From Rhina ancylostomus (lineage: Eukaryota), in contig JARFYF010000046.1 of the NCBI GenBank assembly GCA_030265395.1, positions 21,222,925 to 21,286,824 on the forward strand: a stretch of 63,900 nucleotides of DNA, read 5' to 3'. Shown here one piece after another: positions 26,901 through 41,183 of this stretch. Each line of letters opens with the position of its first letter. The stretch's first letter is position 1. A program made the position numbers and the translations under genes. The notes beneath the pieces were generated by a model. That model saw only the letters and a program-made list of their open reading frames with translations, was not told the origin of the DNA and searched no databases.

Positions 26901-28176
26901 CTGAACTGCTTGGGCAGAGACATGTACAAATTGGGCCTGTGGGGATAGGGTTGCAGATTGAGAGTTTGATCCTGTATTATGTAGGAAAGAGTTGTAGAAT
27001 GAAAACAACACATTCACCTGAATGTACTACCTTACCACACCACTGTGGCTTGAGGAATGAAAAATGACTCGAGGATAAAATCTTGCTTCAAAGATTAAAA
27101 AATCATGGTCAAGTTATCAAAAGCTTCATTCAAGAATATAGCTTGCATTGAAAGGTGAAGAAGCAAGTTGGAAAGTCCATAAAAGTACATGAGCCTGAAC
27201 GTTGGAGTCAGTGGTGACGAAGCAGCACTCTCAAGCTGCCCTCAAAGATTTAGCTCCTGTCCGTTTCCCCTGTTCCACTGTGACATTGAATGTGTCAGTA
27301 ACTGAAGGGAGATTGTGACATCCAACAATGGAAGTTATCAAAAGGTGAGATCTCCCAAATAAATCAAACGGTCAAAAGCATAGCTCATAATATAATTTAT
27401 AATTTTATTGTAAATGAAGTTTAAGGCAAAAGTAGTAAAATACTATTCTGAAGGAAAGGTAACTCACAGTATTAAAATTATTTTCTTGGGGCCAAACAGG
27501 TTCAATAATAGTTAGGAATTAATAAGCAACTAATAACCCAGTCACATTTCATTTAGGAAGGTTTAACATTTTGTTTTCAATGCTAGTCCTTCTAGTGTTC
27601 ATGTTGCAGTGAAATTTAATCTGAAATCTCCAGAGTTCTTAGCTCCAGGTTAGTTCAAGTTCCATAAAAGATTTCTGACTCATTAAGTGAGGGAAGGAAC
27701 TGCAGAGTCAGCATAAGATGAAATTCAAGGGAAAATGGTGTCTTGCAAATCCTATTTCCTTGTTTGTATTGCAACTTTTGGCATGAATATCTCCCTGTCC
27801 AATAATCCCAAGCTGTTACACAATGCATTTATGGTAAATGGATCCAACAAAAAAGTTGCCAGAAGACTTTATTGATGAAATAGTTAGTCTGTGCTATGGG
27901 TAATTCTTCAAAGGAGTTTCATCCAATTCTTCTCCTAACTCCGTCAAACATGTTCTTCTATTCATTTCTCTTCGTGTATTTGTTCAGCTTGGATGATATT
28001 AAGGTGTTCATTAACTAAAAAGGATTGCTTCTAAAGTAGTTGAGATACCTAGTACTTTTAGTACAGGAAAAATACATATGCAATGGATTGATTTTTTCTC
28101 ATTTCAAGCTTCGGATTGCCTCATTAGTTTATTTAATGAACCTATTTAATGTTGCCCTGTACGCTGTTTCCTGCAG

Positions 28177-29035
28177 GTCCCGTGTTCGAAGGGAAACGCT
28201 TGTTGAAGATCTCCAGGAGAATGATACAGATCAGGAGCCAACCAGCTGCCGAGGGTATGCACCCCACAATCATTCTCTGAGTGCCGGCAGAGCACAGAGT
28301 TCTGACTCGGAGCAGGAAGACAAGAAGGCTGTCTTTGCTGAAATGAAGGGCAGGCTGCCCGCTGCTCCTGTGACACACGGGGAAACTGAAATGGAGATCA
28401 AACAGGAATTCCGTGATCATTGTGAAGAGGAGGATTACGACCATTGTGCAACCTGTTGCACTGAAGACAGCGTAGGGAGTGCTGCTTCATCTGTACACTT
28501 CCCTGGCACTCTAAAACAGGAGCGGGTTAGAGCTGGTTGTAACCATGAGATCCATCCATTAAAAACTACCACAGTCCTGCATATCCAGAATCCTCAATGC
28601 TTGATTATTGGTTCGTCTAACTATGACAAGTTTCACGGTAATTCGTCGGATCTCGCGTCTCCTGGCAAATCACCAAAGCCTGATGAGTATGTCCCTGCGC
28701 CTAAAGTGGCAGAAAGCAATGGTTTCAAAGCAATTTCTGAGCCTACGTGCGGCGGTCTGGAGGTGACTCTGAATTCTCCTTCTGTAACCTCTTCACCGGG
28801 CCTAATGTCAGTTTCTCCAGTCCCATCCTCCTCTGCTCCCATCTCTCCTTCACTTCCCACTGTCCCACAGGGGCAGTGCTTGATTCCTGGGACTGATAAT
28901 GTTCCTTTACAGCCAAACTCAAAGCTAACAAAAAGCATCCAGAGACGCAATGCAAAGATGGCAAATCTGAATAACATTATTCATCGTCTTGAAAGGGCAG
29001 CCAATCGAGAGGAACCCACAGACTGGGAATTCTAA
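28177..29035 (+). CDS. CUX2: CUX2 terminal coding exon
   Basis: cctgcag| acceptor. Encodes (R)SRVRRE...SPVPSSSAPISPS...KMANLNNIIHRLERAANREEPTDWEF*. This C-terminus is CUX2-type. Confidence 0.95.
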
Positions 29036-32000
29036 TGAGAGGTTTTATTATGGGCAGTGAATTTGCTTGTAACAAAACCACAGGCTGTTACATTGAACTC
29101 TTCAAGAGTAGGAAGAATTTTAAATGTTTAATTTAAATTGAGACTTGGAAAAGCCAAACTGCAGTAGTTTGTGCAGAAAGCTTTGAATTTTATGAATTCA
29201 CTCATCAATTACTCTTCCAGAATCACGTTTAGCATCTGAGGAAAAAAATATTGACCACTATTTTAAACAAAAAAATCAAACAACTTTTAGAAAAAGAAAT
29301 ATTTATTTGTACATGTCTTATATTAAGGACTGGTTGAAAACTCTGCTGTAGCAGTTTTCCTATTTGTCATTAGCTACAAAATGAAAATAACAAACATTGA
29401 TTTTAGTGCCATTAAATGCACACTTGAAGTCCTGTAGTTTGCCACAGGAAGAGATTAAAGACTATAGTCTAAAGCCATTAAACAGCACTATGATCCAGAA
29501 GGCTGACCAAATTTGCTAGCTCATGGATAGAAAATGTTTTCTTAATTTTGTCTTCAAGACAACTAATTCATATTACCAGAAGTGAACTCTGATATAGTCA
29601 AGAAGACTCTAAAAAAAATAGGAACCTCAACACCAGGAACTATGTTCTTAGTTTTGATCATGTGTTTTCAAACATTTGTAACACAGGGTGTTATGTGCAA
29701 TTGTATATGTTGTAGAAACTTCTGCAATAGCCTTTCTTGAACAAGCTGTAGCATGGTACGTGATTAACTCTTCACTCCTGTTAGACGTTTGCCTGTGGTG
29801 TTCTGAAGAATACCAAAAGTCTAATGAGCAGAACTTTGCCCAGCAAAAACAAGTAATTTTGGAGTTTACATTTTGTTTTTGTAACCAACTATGGGACTAT
29901 GAATCAAAGTCAGTAAAGCATAAGAGGCAGCTGATTAAACCTCTGCTTTAGGAGAAGAAATTTTACTTCCCAAGTTGCCACGGTCTGGTGTCCAGCAATA
30001 GGACCTCGTTCCTTGCGTGAGCATATTCCAGTCCTAACAATGCAGCTAACCTCTTCAAATCAATCCTGATTTTTATCCACATTTTGAAGGGTTTTTTTCC
30101 ACCTTTTTAAGATGTAGTTGATGTGATGATGTTCGTGTAATCTCATTGCTGAAGGTTGATGTGGGTTTTGGCTCTTCAGGATTTCCTGCAGCACTTGATT
30201 TTGTCTTGCGCCAGATTTAAATCCTGTTTTGCTCAAGGCTACGGTAATGCACTTGATCAGATTCAACTGATCCTTTTTATCCCTGCGTTCATCTTACCTT
30301 ATCTTTTGTATTTGTAAAAAGAAAACATGAAGGCTGATCACTATCTAGCCTTTGTAGTCTTTCTCTGCACTTGGCCACTAAATACAATATATTTCCGTTG
30401 GTATTGTGTAAGAGTTTTGACATGCAGATTGATTTATTCTCTGATGCAGTGTCCCAAATATAGTGCTTCATGTCACTATTTTACATTAATTGCCTAAAAT
30501 ACTGCAGGCTGCAACAGTCCAAAAAGTAGGACAACTAAAGAGCAATTCAAAGGAAGGCAAGCCATGTGCGATGACTTTATTCCTTTCATGACATTGTTCG
30601 CACACATTTGAATTTAAGCTGTTTTCAGTGATGCTTTATGGTTATTTCCTTAAAAGATAGCTGATGTATTTTCCTCCTCAAAATTATAGACTGAAGTAAG
30701 AAGAAGCTACAAAAAGAAGTCAGAACAATTAACATTAGATACAAAGTGAGTAAATCATTTTAGATGTGCCCTTTTAAGGCTAAGATACTGCAGTTTACTT
30801 GATCTGATCCTAAAATATGCATTATTTTCCATTATGCATGCAGGTTTACCCTGCAGATCAATCTCAAGATGGCAACTGTGTTAAACCAATTGTCATAAAA
30901 ATTCTGTGCAACTGTTGCTGAATTAAAGATGTGCAGTTTTTAATGTGACAGTTGAGTCAATACAATCAACGTTTAACAATCAATCTATTGAACACATTCA
31001 GCAAGAAAGGTTGTCTTCACAAAACACTGTTTGAGGCCAGAAAATATGAACACTCAGGATAATATCACTCTATGGATCCATACCATAAGGTTGCTTAATG
31101 CTGGAAATCAATTTCTTTTTAAACATTCTCCATTTGGAGCTGTGTCTGGACACAGTTCAGCAGAAAAGATGAGACTTCAATTAAATTTGTCTCTGTCACA
31201 GTCTACAATTTGTTATTCGCCTGTTGGTGAAGTGCAGGTACTCTGCCACTCAACCGAGGACTGGAAGGGCCAAACTATCTCAGCCATGCAGATATGAAAC
31301 TCTTAGTCAGCATTTACATTCCAGTGGCTGGTAAGTACACTGGGCTACTTCCTGGTGAATAACCCTTCTGGCTGTAACTATATTCCCAGATCTTGCAATT
31401 AACAGCATATTGAAGTCAATGTATAATCAATATTCAGCAAATTGAATTCAATGTAAAATCATTCAATGTAACATGAGATAGGAAAGAATAGAAAGATTTG
31501 ATTGAAGGAGACATTTTTTAAACATCCAACAATAAATAAAATCTAAAGNNNNNNNNNNAGAAATAAAATAACTGAAAAGAATTATTTTAAAAAGAAGCAA
31601 ATAAAATCTAAAGAAATGATACTTCACATGGGTAGCAGTAAATATTCAGCTGCGGAGAGGTTATAATTAAGCCTTAACACTCTTTAAAAATTCACAAGCC
31701 AACTACCCTTTATGGTGCATTAAAGGAGTATCTAGTGGTGAAGTACCACACATTCATGTATTGTAAAATATCAAATTTGCTGACAAGGTTCTGGTTTAAC
31801 AAACTACTGGAGAGACAGGGCAACCCAGCCAGCTACGTCCTGATTTCCAAGTTGAACTGTGTATCTGGTGACATTGGGACTTGCTGATCAACTTAATTCA
31901 TCATAAATGAGTTCTGATATTGTTAATATTACTGTACAATCCAAGCCAACAGGTTAAACTAAATACTGTCACTGGTAGTTTATTTAATTGCTTGCTCTTC

Positions 32001-34620
32001 TCATCTAACTCACTAATTATAGTTAGCAAGTTGTTTTTTTTTAACTTTGGATTTATTGGTAATCATTGTTATTTGCTATGATTGGCAATGCAAAGTCCAC
32101 TTTACATATCAAAAGCATAATCTTTGCCTTAAAGTACAAATTTCATGCATTTAACTTTGTCAATGTGACGTCAACAATTTGGGGCTTAGTCCGAGGCCAC
32201 AAGTCTCATTGTAATGGACGTAAGTTCCCCTCTGTAGTCCTCGCATAGCTTCTGATCTTGGTCTTTTCTATGGGGATTGGAAACATGGAGGGGTAATATC
32301 AAGGGACCAAAATTGAAGGCTCTCAAGCAATCTATAGAATAAACAAGTGAAGCAAAGAAAAGAGGATTAGAAAGTGTTGAAAAAATATTTTTAGGTATTA
32401 AACTTGAAATGCACTGTTCAGCATCCCAACCTTGTGGAACTGTACAACAGAGTCGTCCATTTGGCCCATCTTGTCTCTGTCAGTTCTTTAAAAGCAATGT
32501 CCAACTTGTTCCACTCCCATTTTTGATTCCCTTAGCCCAGCAATTCTCCAAGTGTGTATCACCGAGTTGTCTTTCAGCTCAGATACAGACAGTGGGTTCT
32601 ACTTCATTACTAAAGAGCTGGAACAGGCACGATGGACAATTGGCCTCCTGTGCTGAATAATTCTACATGGTTGGGACATGGAATGATTAAATATAAATAA
32701 CTCTCAGCAACCTTCTGGTTCTTTTGCAGGTAAATTTAAGGTACTGGCCTCTAGATACTGATCCACGCCCCGTGGAAAGAGTTCTTTATTTACTGTATCA
32801 AAGCCCCTCAGTTCTGAACAGTTCCCAGATCCCTCCTGCTCCACAGAACAATAGTCCGCTATCCTATTACCGTTCCAACAAGCACCTCCTTTATCCTCTC
32901 CAAAATCTTCACGTTTTCTTAATTGAAACTCATCCAAGGTTATAGTAATGAGAGAAATCTGTAAGTATGGGTACTTCTCTGCTCTGCACTTGCATCCATT
33001 AGGAACTAGTTCAAGCTCATTACGCTGTGGATCATTATTAAATTAATTACTTTCTATTAAATCCCAGGACTCAGTTGTGAAAGGACAGTATTTAAGTGCT
33101 GCTATGCCAGTCTGTTCACCCTATCAAGAGGTTTGCGCACTATTATGGTTGAATGGACCTTGCAACGGTTCAATATTTTATAGAGGTTTGTTTTTAAAAT
33201 TAATTTAAATGAGCAATAATCTTTATTGCTGATCCCATAAGTGGCTACTTCATTTTTTTTAAACAATAAAATATTTTGCTTGGCATGTTACTGATAGAAT
33301 AGTGATATTAACAATTCTACAGCTGCCACTAATTAAGAAATACCGTTCCATTGGAGCCTATTAAATGGATGAGTTTTAATGTGCTTTAATTAATTTCACT
33401 GTTTATCTTTAAAAAAAAGATTTTTGCAAAGTAGTGTCCAAGAGAATAGAAATGCACATAAGCACCCATTTAAAAATTACCCCATTCCCAAAAATAATAT
33501 GGTATGAATGAGATCCTTGTTTATAAACTATAGATGGGATAGGGTGGGGGTTTGGCTGGCAGGGTGACAATGCGTGTTCTAGAAATATGAAATAATAAAA
33601 ATAACAGGTTCAGCTTTAAATATCCCAAAAGTAAAGCTGATTGTACGGTCCCAATGTGCTTATAAAAATAGACATATTACAAATCAAGCAGCTCATAGTT
33701 TTTAAATTAACTTAAAGACCCAACATTTGGGCTTAATAGTTACTCAGGACTGTTCACTCTTTTGTTTAGTGAACATCTCAGGATATGAACTTTGTACGGA
33801 GAAAATGAACCAGATGCTTGCTCCTGCACTCACCATAAACCTAAACAAATCAATAAAACAAGAAGAGCAGGGGAAAAGGACAAATGTTTCAACCAACTCA
33901 AAAAGAAATGGATGTCCTGGCAAAGAATTATATAGACTGTACAGAAACAGGTCGTTGGTCCAATCAACCCATGCTGACATTTAAGATTCACTTGAGCTTC
34001 CTTTCACAGTTCCTAACCTAATCCAATCAGAGAACCCTCTATTCCCTTCCCCGTCATATCCATAATTGCTTCAAATTTAATCACCTCAGCCACTCCTTGT
34101 GCTGCTAGGTCCAGTGATGCAAGATAAAGACAATGGCTAGAGCAAGAATACTCAAATTACAGGTGACCCCAGTGTTACAGGAGTGGCGAGGGATTGTGTT
34201 CCCCAGAAAACTGTCCACATTGCAATTTTCCATAGCACAAAGCCACATCATCTGTGCACGCACCAAGAAATGCGAACTGAAAATAGAATAAAAATTAATA
34301 CACAAATTCCGTGAGCAAATTTTTTTTCTGTATCTCAGATTCTTTTGTTCGTGATTTGTGAATTCTGTAAGGGTGAATTTCTGGTACCTGAATTTCTGTA
34401 ACACAGGGGTCGCCTGTATTGCCTGTGGGCTAAATGATAATTCAACTCGTGAAGCCCAATAAAGCAGTACTATTTGCTCCCTTGTTTTATATCTGTTGGT
34501 TTGCCCTGAGTAAATGTTGCACACCTTACTGCTTGGAAGGAGCAGTGTTTGCAAGTTCCAAAGTTAACACCGCTGCATTGGAAAATATAATATGAAATAA
34601 AAAATTACTGTGAATTGACA
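29036..34620 (+). other. CUX2: Putative long CUX2 3' UTR with candidate poly(A) signal AATAAA at 34596-34601
   Basis: AT-rich, largely repeat-poor sequence after the stop codon with several AATAAA/ATTAAA hexamers. The true 3' end cannot be fixed from sequence alone. Confidence 0.35.
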
Positions 34621-37600
34621 ACCACAGTTGTGTATAGATACTCTTATCTCATTTTCTGCTGCAGATTCAAATTTGGTACTCATTACAGAGGAAATTTGGT
34701 GCTTTCCTGGTCTGTGCATTTCAGTTCCACGTTAAGTAGGGAATTTGCCAGTTGTGCAAACTCAATTGTTTTTTATATATGGTGTAACAAAATCCTAGAG
34801 TAATGTGAACCTATCAGACAAGCAGGCAAATTATGGTTTAAAATGTTTGAAATTTTATAAATCAGGATGTACATCACCTAACTCAATTACAAATCATTCA
34901 ATTATATTGGAATTGATTTAATTTCTTTCCTATTGTTTTTAATAAAGCCTCATAGATGCATCTTACCTCTCAAGTCTTGAGCCAATTCAGCAGCAGAGAT
35001 GAGTTAATCCATTGAACCTGTTCCAAATTGAATCCATCTGTTTTTGGGGGTATATTTCAATGGATTACTGAGCTCTTGCTGCTGCTCTGAGTGTGTTCAT
35101 ATTTTTAAACTTATTTTCCCCTTTCTCATTCTGTCTATCTTTATTACTTTTTTGTATGAGGCTACCAGTTAATGTGCAGTTTTGTCCTTTGCAATCATAT
35201 CAAGTCAAGCTTTCACTAAACTTGTTTGTGTAAGGCACCAAGTAAAGACAGCAGATTTTCCATTTTGTCAATCTTGGCTGGGTTTAACTGTTGTTGGGTT
35301 AAAGGGCACAGTTTGAATTTGCACCATCAATCCATTTTGCCCTCAAATTTATTTTTGATAGATTTCTTTGTTGTTACTTACTGATACTTTCTTTGATTTA
35401 TAAACCTAGATGAAGAGTTAAATCCTGTGCCAAAAGATCTTATNNNNNNNNNNCATGGTTGCGTGTGTTTTGAGCCTTTTGATCTTAGCAGACTTTCCAG
35501 GTAATTATTAGCTCTCACTTGTATCCTCCCACTCCCCTTGAGTTTACATCACCAATTCAGCTGTTCCACAGCTTACATCATTATTGAACCAGGTCAATGA
35601 CCTGTGCTGAAGCTTCAACAAATTGGGACCTCTAACTGGCTGTCATAAGGCTCCATTTCTTCTTTATTTTGATGGTCATATTGATTCAGCAGATGCTGTC
35701 ACATGGGAAGCATGTTTTAGTCTCCATCCATGTGGGATTATTCACTTTTAGGTACAGGGCATTACTGGTTACGTTACAGGACTAATAATCTTGATGCCTG
35801 GTTATAAGGTCCCAAGGTAGGTATTCAAATCCCAGCCAAGTAGCTGGGGAATTTAACCTGTTAATTAAAGTCTATTTTAAAAAAAGAAGTGAGTGCCATC
35901 TGTGGGGATCACATAACTATAGTATTGTCATAAAAGCCATATCTTCCACCTATTGTCCAATAGGGAAAGAAATGTGTCCTCTTTTGTGACCATGTGCTGT
36001 TGCAGTTGACCCTTAACTTCATCTTGTAAGCCATCAAGTTCAAGGGGGAATTGGGGATGGACAATAAATGCTGTTTTACCAGTGACAATGACACCATATT
36101 AATGATTATTTTCAAATGCTTTACTACACAATTAAATAGTATCTGATTAACCAAGAGTTTCATTGATGGTATCCATGCAAAGATCCAAAGCTTCACTTGA
36201 TGGTTGACTTGAAAGGGGGATTTTTTGCGTTTTTAACAATGCACGGTTTGACACCTGTTAATGTTCCATGCAAAGTCTCAAATATTTGGGAGCTGCCCAG
36301 TCCATGTGGTGTATGTTATTTTAAACTAAACATAATAGGGCTTGCAAGCATCAAAACACTCTTCCAAAAACAAAATATAGTATCTGTTCACTGTTCACAT
36401 TATAAGTACTCATTGATCTTGCCAACTTTTAGCATGAGAAATTTGTTGCAATATTCACCGTTGAAAAAAAATTAATTGCTTGTAGTCAACTTAGAAGTGT
36501 TTTTTTAATCTTTATTTTTTAACAGACTTATTGCCCTCCTCAAATGCTCTTGATAACAAATTATACGCTGGAGTTTACACATATTGTAAAAATTAGAAGT
36601 TTGAATAACCAAATGTAGGAACTTAGGAATTTAGTCCCCAGGATTCTTAGAAAGAAATGCAGAAAGAAAATGTTTTCCAGCTGAAAGCAGTACAGAATTT
36701 TAACGCAAATATTTCACAAAGGGATGTAGCAGGAGAGAAATAGTCTCAGACAAGTAGGGTCCAGTTTTCTGAAGCTTTCCATAGGGGTCTATATAGATTT
36801 TGTTAAATAGCTCTTGAACTTTTCCCTTGTAAAATAGGAAGTTCAATAATAAAAGCTGTTTAAAAATGCTAGTAGATGTCCTGTGCTGATAATTACAGAT
36901 AATCTCAGACTTCTTGTGCAGTTTCTGATGTTTACTGCTTTTGATGACAAAGATTAAAATCTTGGAAGCCCTTGCAGACAGCGTTCAATCCTTCTGATTT
37001 TTCCCTGTAGTTCATTGCTGATATGACAGAAGAAAACACTCCAATAAATAATTGGTCTATTGACTATCAATGGGCTTGTGCATTGATTTAAAAGGTAGTT
37101 GTGTTCTGCCAAAACCTCTGTTATTGGCTCCTTAGTTTTTTTACTGCTGTGTGGATGATTTATGGGAGACATCAGACAATGTTCCCAACATTTCAGCTTT
37201 TACAGGCAGCGTTACCTAATTATGTCAGTATTTATACTGCCGTTGTCAAATGTTAAACCAGTTTCATCACCAGTGTTAAGTAAAGCTATCAAGTTTATAG
37301 CCTTTGGGATAGGGAGAGGATCTATAGCTGCTTTGATGAGACCTTATCACCAGAGTATCTCCATGCTCCACAACCCATAAAATGAGTGCGAGTTGATTCG
37401 CCAAATATCTTACAACTTGACCAGAAACCATTGGGTCCTGAAGTTTTATTTACCCATCCAAGTGTGGGATGGAGATATTGGTATTGTTTGGGTCATTCAG
37501 TTATGGAAGAACAAACCAAGTTCAGGAATATAATTTCTCTACTAAAGCCTTGATAGTTTAATGATAAATCTTAAATATATTTTGTTTCTTTTAAATAGTC

Positions 37601-37629
37601 TGCAGACTTTAATGGGGTGGGGGAGTGTG

Positions 37630-38950
37630 CCTTTAAGGAGGTGGTTAGCTTTTCCTTGAGCTGCACTAGTCCTTGTCATTAGGATCAAGGAGGTCAGCCT
37701 CCCATCACAGAGAACTTAGCTTCTGTAACTAAAATTTGGCTGGTCCAGCTCAGCTTTGGTTTGATGGTGATGTGCATGTGGGTAGTGAGGATTCAGCAGT
37801 GGTAGTGCTTCTGATGGTCCAGGAGTGGTTGGACTTCACTTTAAGGAATCTCCTTGGGTGACGTGAATGTTATCTGCCACTTGTTTGCCCACATTCCAAC
37901 GCCAGTTGGATCTTATTGCAGTTATGGGAGTTCTCCACAAGCAGCCCATTCCTGGCCTTGTTATAAAGAAGAGTTCATTGATCTTAAAACAGTTATACAG
38001 AGAACTTAGCTGTGATGTCCTGGATGAATGGCACTTAACTGTTGCTACCATCCTCCATGCATCAAGAATGTTGTTAAAGTTTTTCTCCTCCACCCCCATT
38101 GACCAATATTTATGGGCACCTTGCTGCCTCAGTAGTTTGAATGTTGTCTTTATATTGAACGCAGCAGCTCTCACCTCCAGCGTGCAGCATGTCCATGACT
38201 AGGTAATAGTTACACTGAGACCTGAAGCTCAAGTGACTGGTGGTCCCTGAGCTGATAAGTTGATATTGCTTGATGTCCCAGTTGATGACATCACATGACC
38301 AATAGTTGAGCTGAGGCTGAGAGGGCAGTAACTGGGTTGGATTTTTCCTGTATTTTAGATGGGGCACACCAGGTCAATCTGCAATACAGCTAGATTTACT
38401 AGAACACCCTGGCCAGAAGAGAGGCCATCATCTAGTACATAGGTCTGTATTCATCTGAATGTATGCTGCCTGGCCCATAGTCCTTGCTGCATGCAGTGCA
38501 CTCAGTTGCTTCTAATTGTCTTATGAAAACTAAATTGCCTAAACATCGGCATCCACGATGAGGATATTGGGAGGAGACCAAATAAAATCACCCACTTTGC
38601 CACTTTTGGCTGAAGTATTTCAAATGTGTCTTTTGTTTGCACTGACTGGCCTCTACTGCAGTTGAGGATAGGGATATGGTGGAGATGTGCACAGAGCTTC
38701 CTGTTCCTGAAGATGATCTCATTGTCTGTCTTAAGTCTAAATTAGATGTAGCAAGGTGACAGAGCTGTCGGTGATTGTACACTCAATACTGTCTAAACCT
38801 GCATTTGGTGCTGTTCCTCCTCCTCTCTGCACTGAAACAGAGGCGACCTTCTGACTTGATGGTGATCAAGAAACCGAGGTGCTGGGAGGGATGGGAAGGG
38901 ATGTGCTGTGCCGTTTAAGCTAGTTTACAAATTGTGATGTTGTCCTACTC
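37630..38950 (-). mobile_element. Old CR1-like LINE ORF2 fragment
   Basis: Minus-strand remnants such as YQLISSGTTS and WNVGKQVADNIH (degenerate YRPISL and W...W...F motifs), with many stops. Confidence 0.5.
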
Positions 38951-39724
38951 CTGTTGGTAGCCCGTGGTACCATAATAATTTGGAAAGTTGCTCTAGTTGA
39001 CACACATAAGCAGTGTATCTGGTTGTATATTTGCTCTGCTCATAAAGAAAATCAAAACCAAACAGGGCAGTTGTTCTGCCTGGATGCCTTTATTTCCCCT
39101 GCCTATTTGTGAATGCTGCACTCATCCTCGGAGCCTGCAGGATTTGAACTCCACTTGCTGCTGTTCTCTGATGTTCGTCTAAGATCACAGATGACACAAT
39201 GTGGCCTCTCCATCCTGCCTGAGTATTCCTACAATGCAGCCATGCACAGTTCCAAAGTGTTGAGTGTTGTGCACTGTGAGATCCATGAAAGCAGGGTGTG
39301 CAGCCATGTATGATGCTCAGAACATGACTCTGTATGATAATTGCCTGAGTGCCCTCCAGCTAATGGGGAAAGTTATCAATGCAGACATGTATGTGATGTG
39401 GATTGGAATAAAATGTAAATTTGCCATCTCAGATGGCATATTCCTCTACACATCAAACAAGTCCAATTGTTTGCAGTGCTGGGTGTTAACACTGGTTCCT
39501 TTGCATGCCTCATGATTGCTGCTTTGTAATTTTTCTGTTCATGGTTTGAATGCACAATTAGAGCTTAGCTCCATCTCACTGTTAGAGTCATCAACATTGT
39601 ACCCTTGGAATATACCAAGAAATATCTGCAAATAACTTGGAAATTACTAGCTTGTGGTTTGGTTAAAATTATTTTGTTTGCTAGAAGGATATCATAAGGA
39701 TGCTACAAGGATGTGTCTGCTTTA

Positions 39725-40035
39725 GGGCAGCATAGTGACACAGCTACTAGAGCTGCTGCCTCACAGCTTCACTAGTGTGGGTTTAATCCCAACCTGCGAT
39801 GCTCTCTGTACAGAGTTTGCTTTTCCTCAAGTCGTCTGTTTACTCTCACAACCCAATAATGTGCAAATTGGTAGGTTAGTTGGCTGCTGTAAATTGGCCC
39901 TTGTGTATATCTAGGTGGAAGAATCTGGGGAGGAGTTGTTTGGAATGTGTGGAGAATAAAGGGGGTTAGCGTAGGATCATGGTCAGCACAGACATTGTGG
40001 GCCGAAGGGCCTGTTCCTATGCTGTACTTTTCTAT
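39725..40035 (+). mobile_element. tRNA-derived V/HE1-type SINE
   Basis: tRNA-like head (gggcagcatagtgacacag...gggtttaatccc), central tagttggctgctgtaaattggccc, CR1-derived tail gggccgaagggcctgttcctatgctgta. Related minus-strand copies at ~855-1030 and ~55310-55540. Confidence 0.75.
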
Positions 40036-40872
40036 GTTAGGTGATTTTTCAGGATGTGAGTGCAGCCATTTTAGTTAAGGGTAATGTCCTTGAGATATCA
40101 GTGCTTCCCACTGTCAAAAGCAGTGCCATGTGGCGTCTACCTTTGTTATAAGCATTGGCCCAAAACGTGGGAGGGCCGGCCAATGGGTAGGCAGTTATAG
40201 AGGGAGCCATTAGAAAGCTGAGGATGGCTAAAGATTGCAGCAGGCAGGATTGAGGTGATTGTTTGGTGGGGAATAACTGAGGCCCCTTTGAGATTTTATG
40301 CCACTCCTTCAAGTGGAAGAGTTGAGCAGTGGGTTGAGGCACACAATAAGTAGGGAACTCAGTTGCATCAGAAAAGCAAAGTACAAATTGTCAAATTAGT
40401 CTAAACTTATGTTCCTCCTTCATGGAAGGTTCAGTGGAAAAGAATCTGATTGACGTGGAGGGAAATGATCTGTCATCTCCAGAGCTTCCAGAAAGGTTAC
40501 GAGAGATGATGGGCTGGCTGCTGTACTCATTCCTCCTTTTAGGGAACCAAATGTGAATAAATAATCCTTTGCATTGGACTCTAAGGGTTTCACTGACTCT
40601 TGAAGTTAAAAGCATAACACTTTCGTACACATTTTAAGAGTGATTTAAATAGCAGGTCACTTGCAAAAGCTGTCTGGAGAAACTTTAAATACCAACTTTC
40701 ACCTCATGCAATCAGTCTTGCTGCAGAAAATAACTGTAAAATGACGGTGACTTGGAGAGAACCTTCAGCAAGGAGGATGCAATAGAATTGCTAGAACTGT
40801 GTTCTGGAAATGGTGTAGGACATGTCTGCAACCGTCAAACACTTTGGTATGTTGATCCAAATGGCAAACCCT

Positions 40873-41152
40873 TTAAATGTGAGATGCAGAATCCTGAACA
40901 AATTCTTCTGATCCATCAATGAGGGAAAAGTATCCTTTTAGGACTTGAGCTATTCTGTCTGTAACTACAGTACTCAGGGATACATGCCTTGTGGAGCTCG
41001 ACACTGGTGAAGGATTCCGCATCTGTGAAAGTAGGATTTGATCTCGCATTGCAAGGTCTGCTCACTGGCTGTGTTTCTTGAAGAGCTTGGGAAGAGAAAT
41101 AATTCTAGGAGTAAGTGTTTCTTTGTAGCTTCTAACACATCTACATCGATGC

Positions 41153-41183
<31 letters not shown>

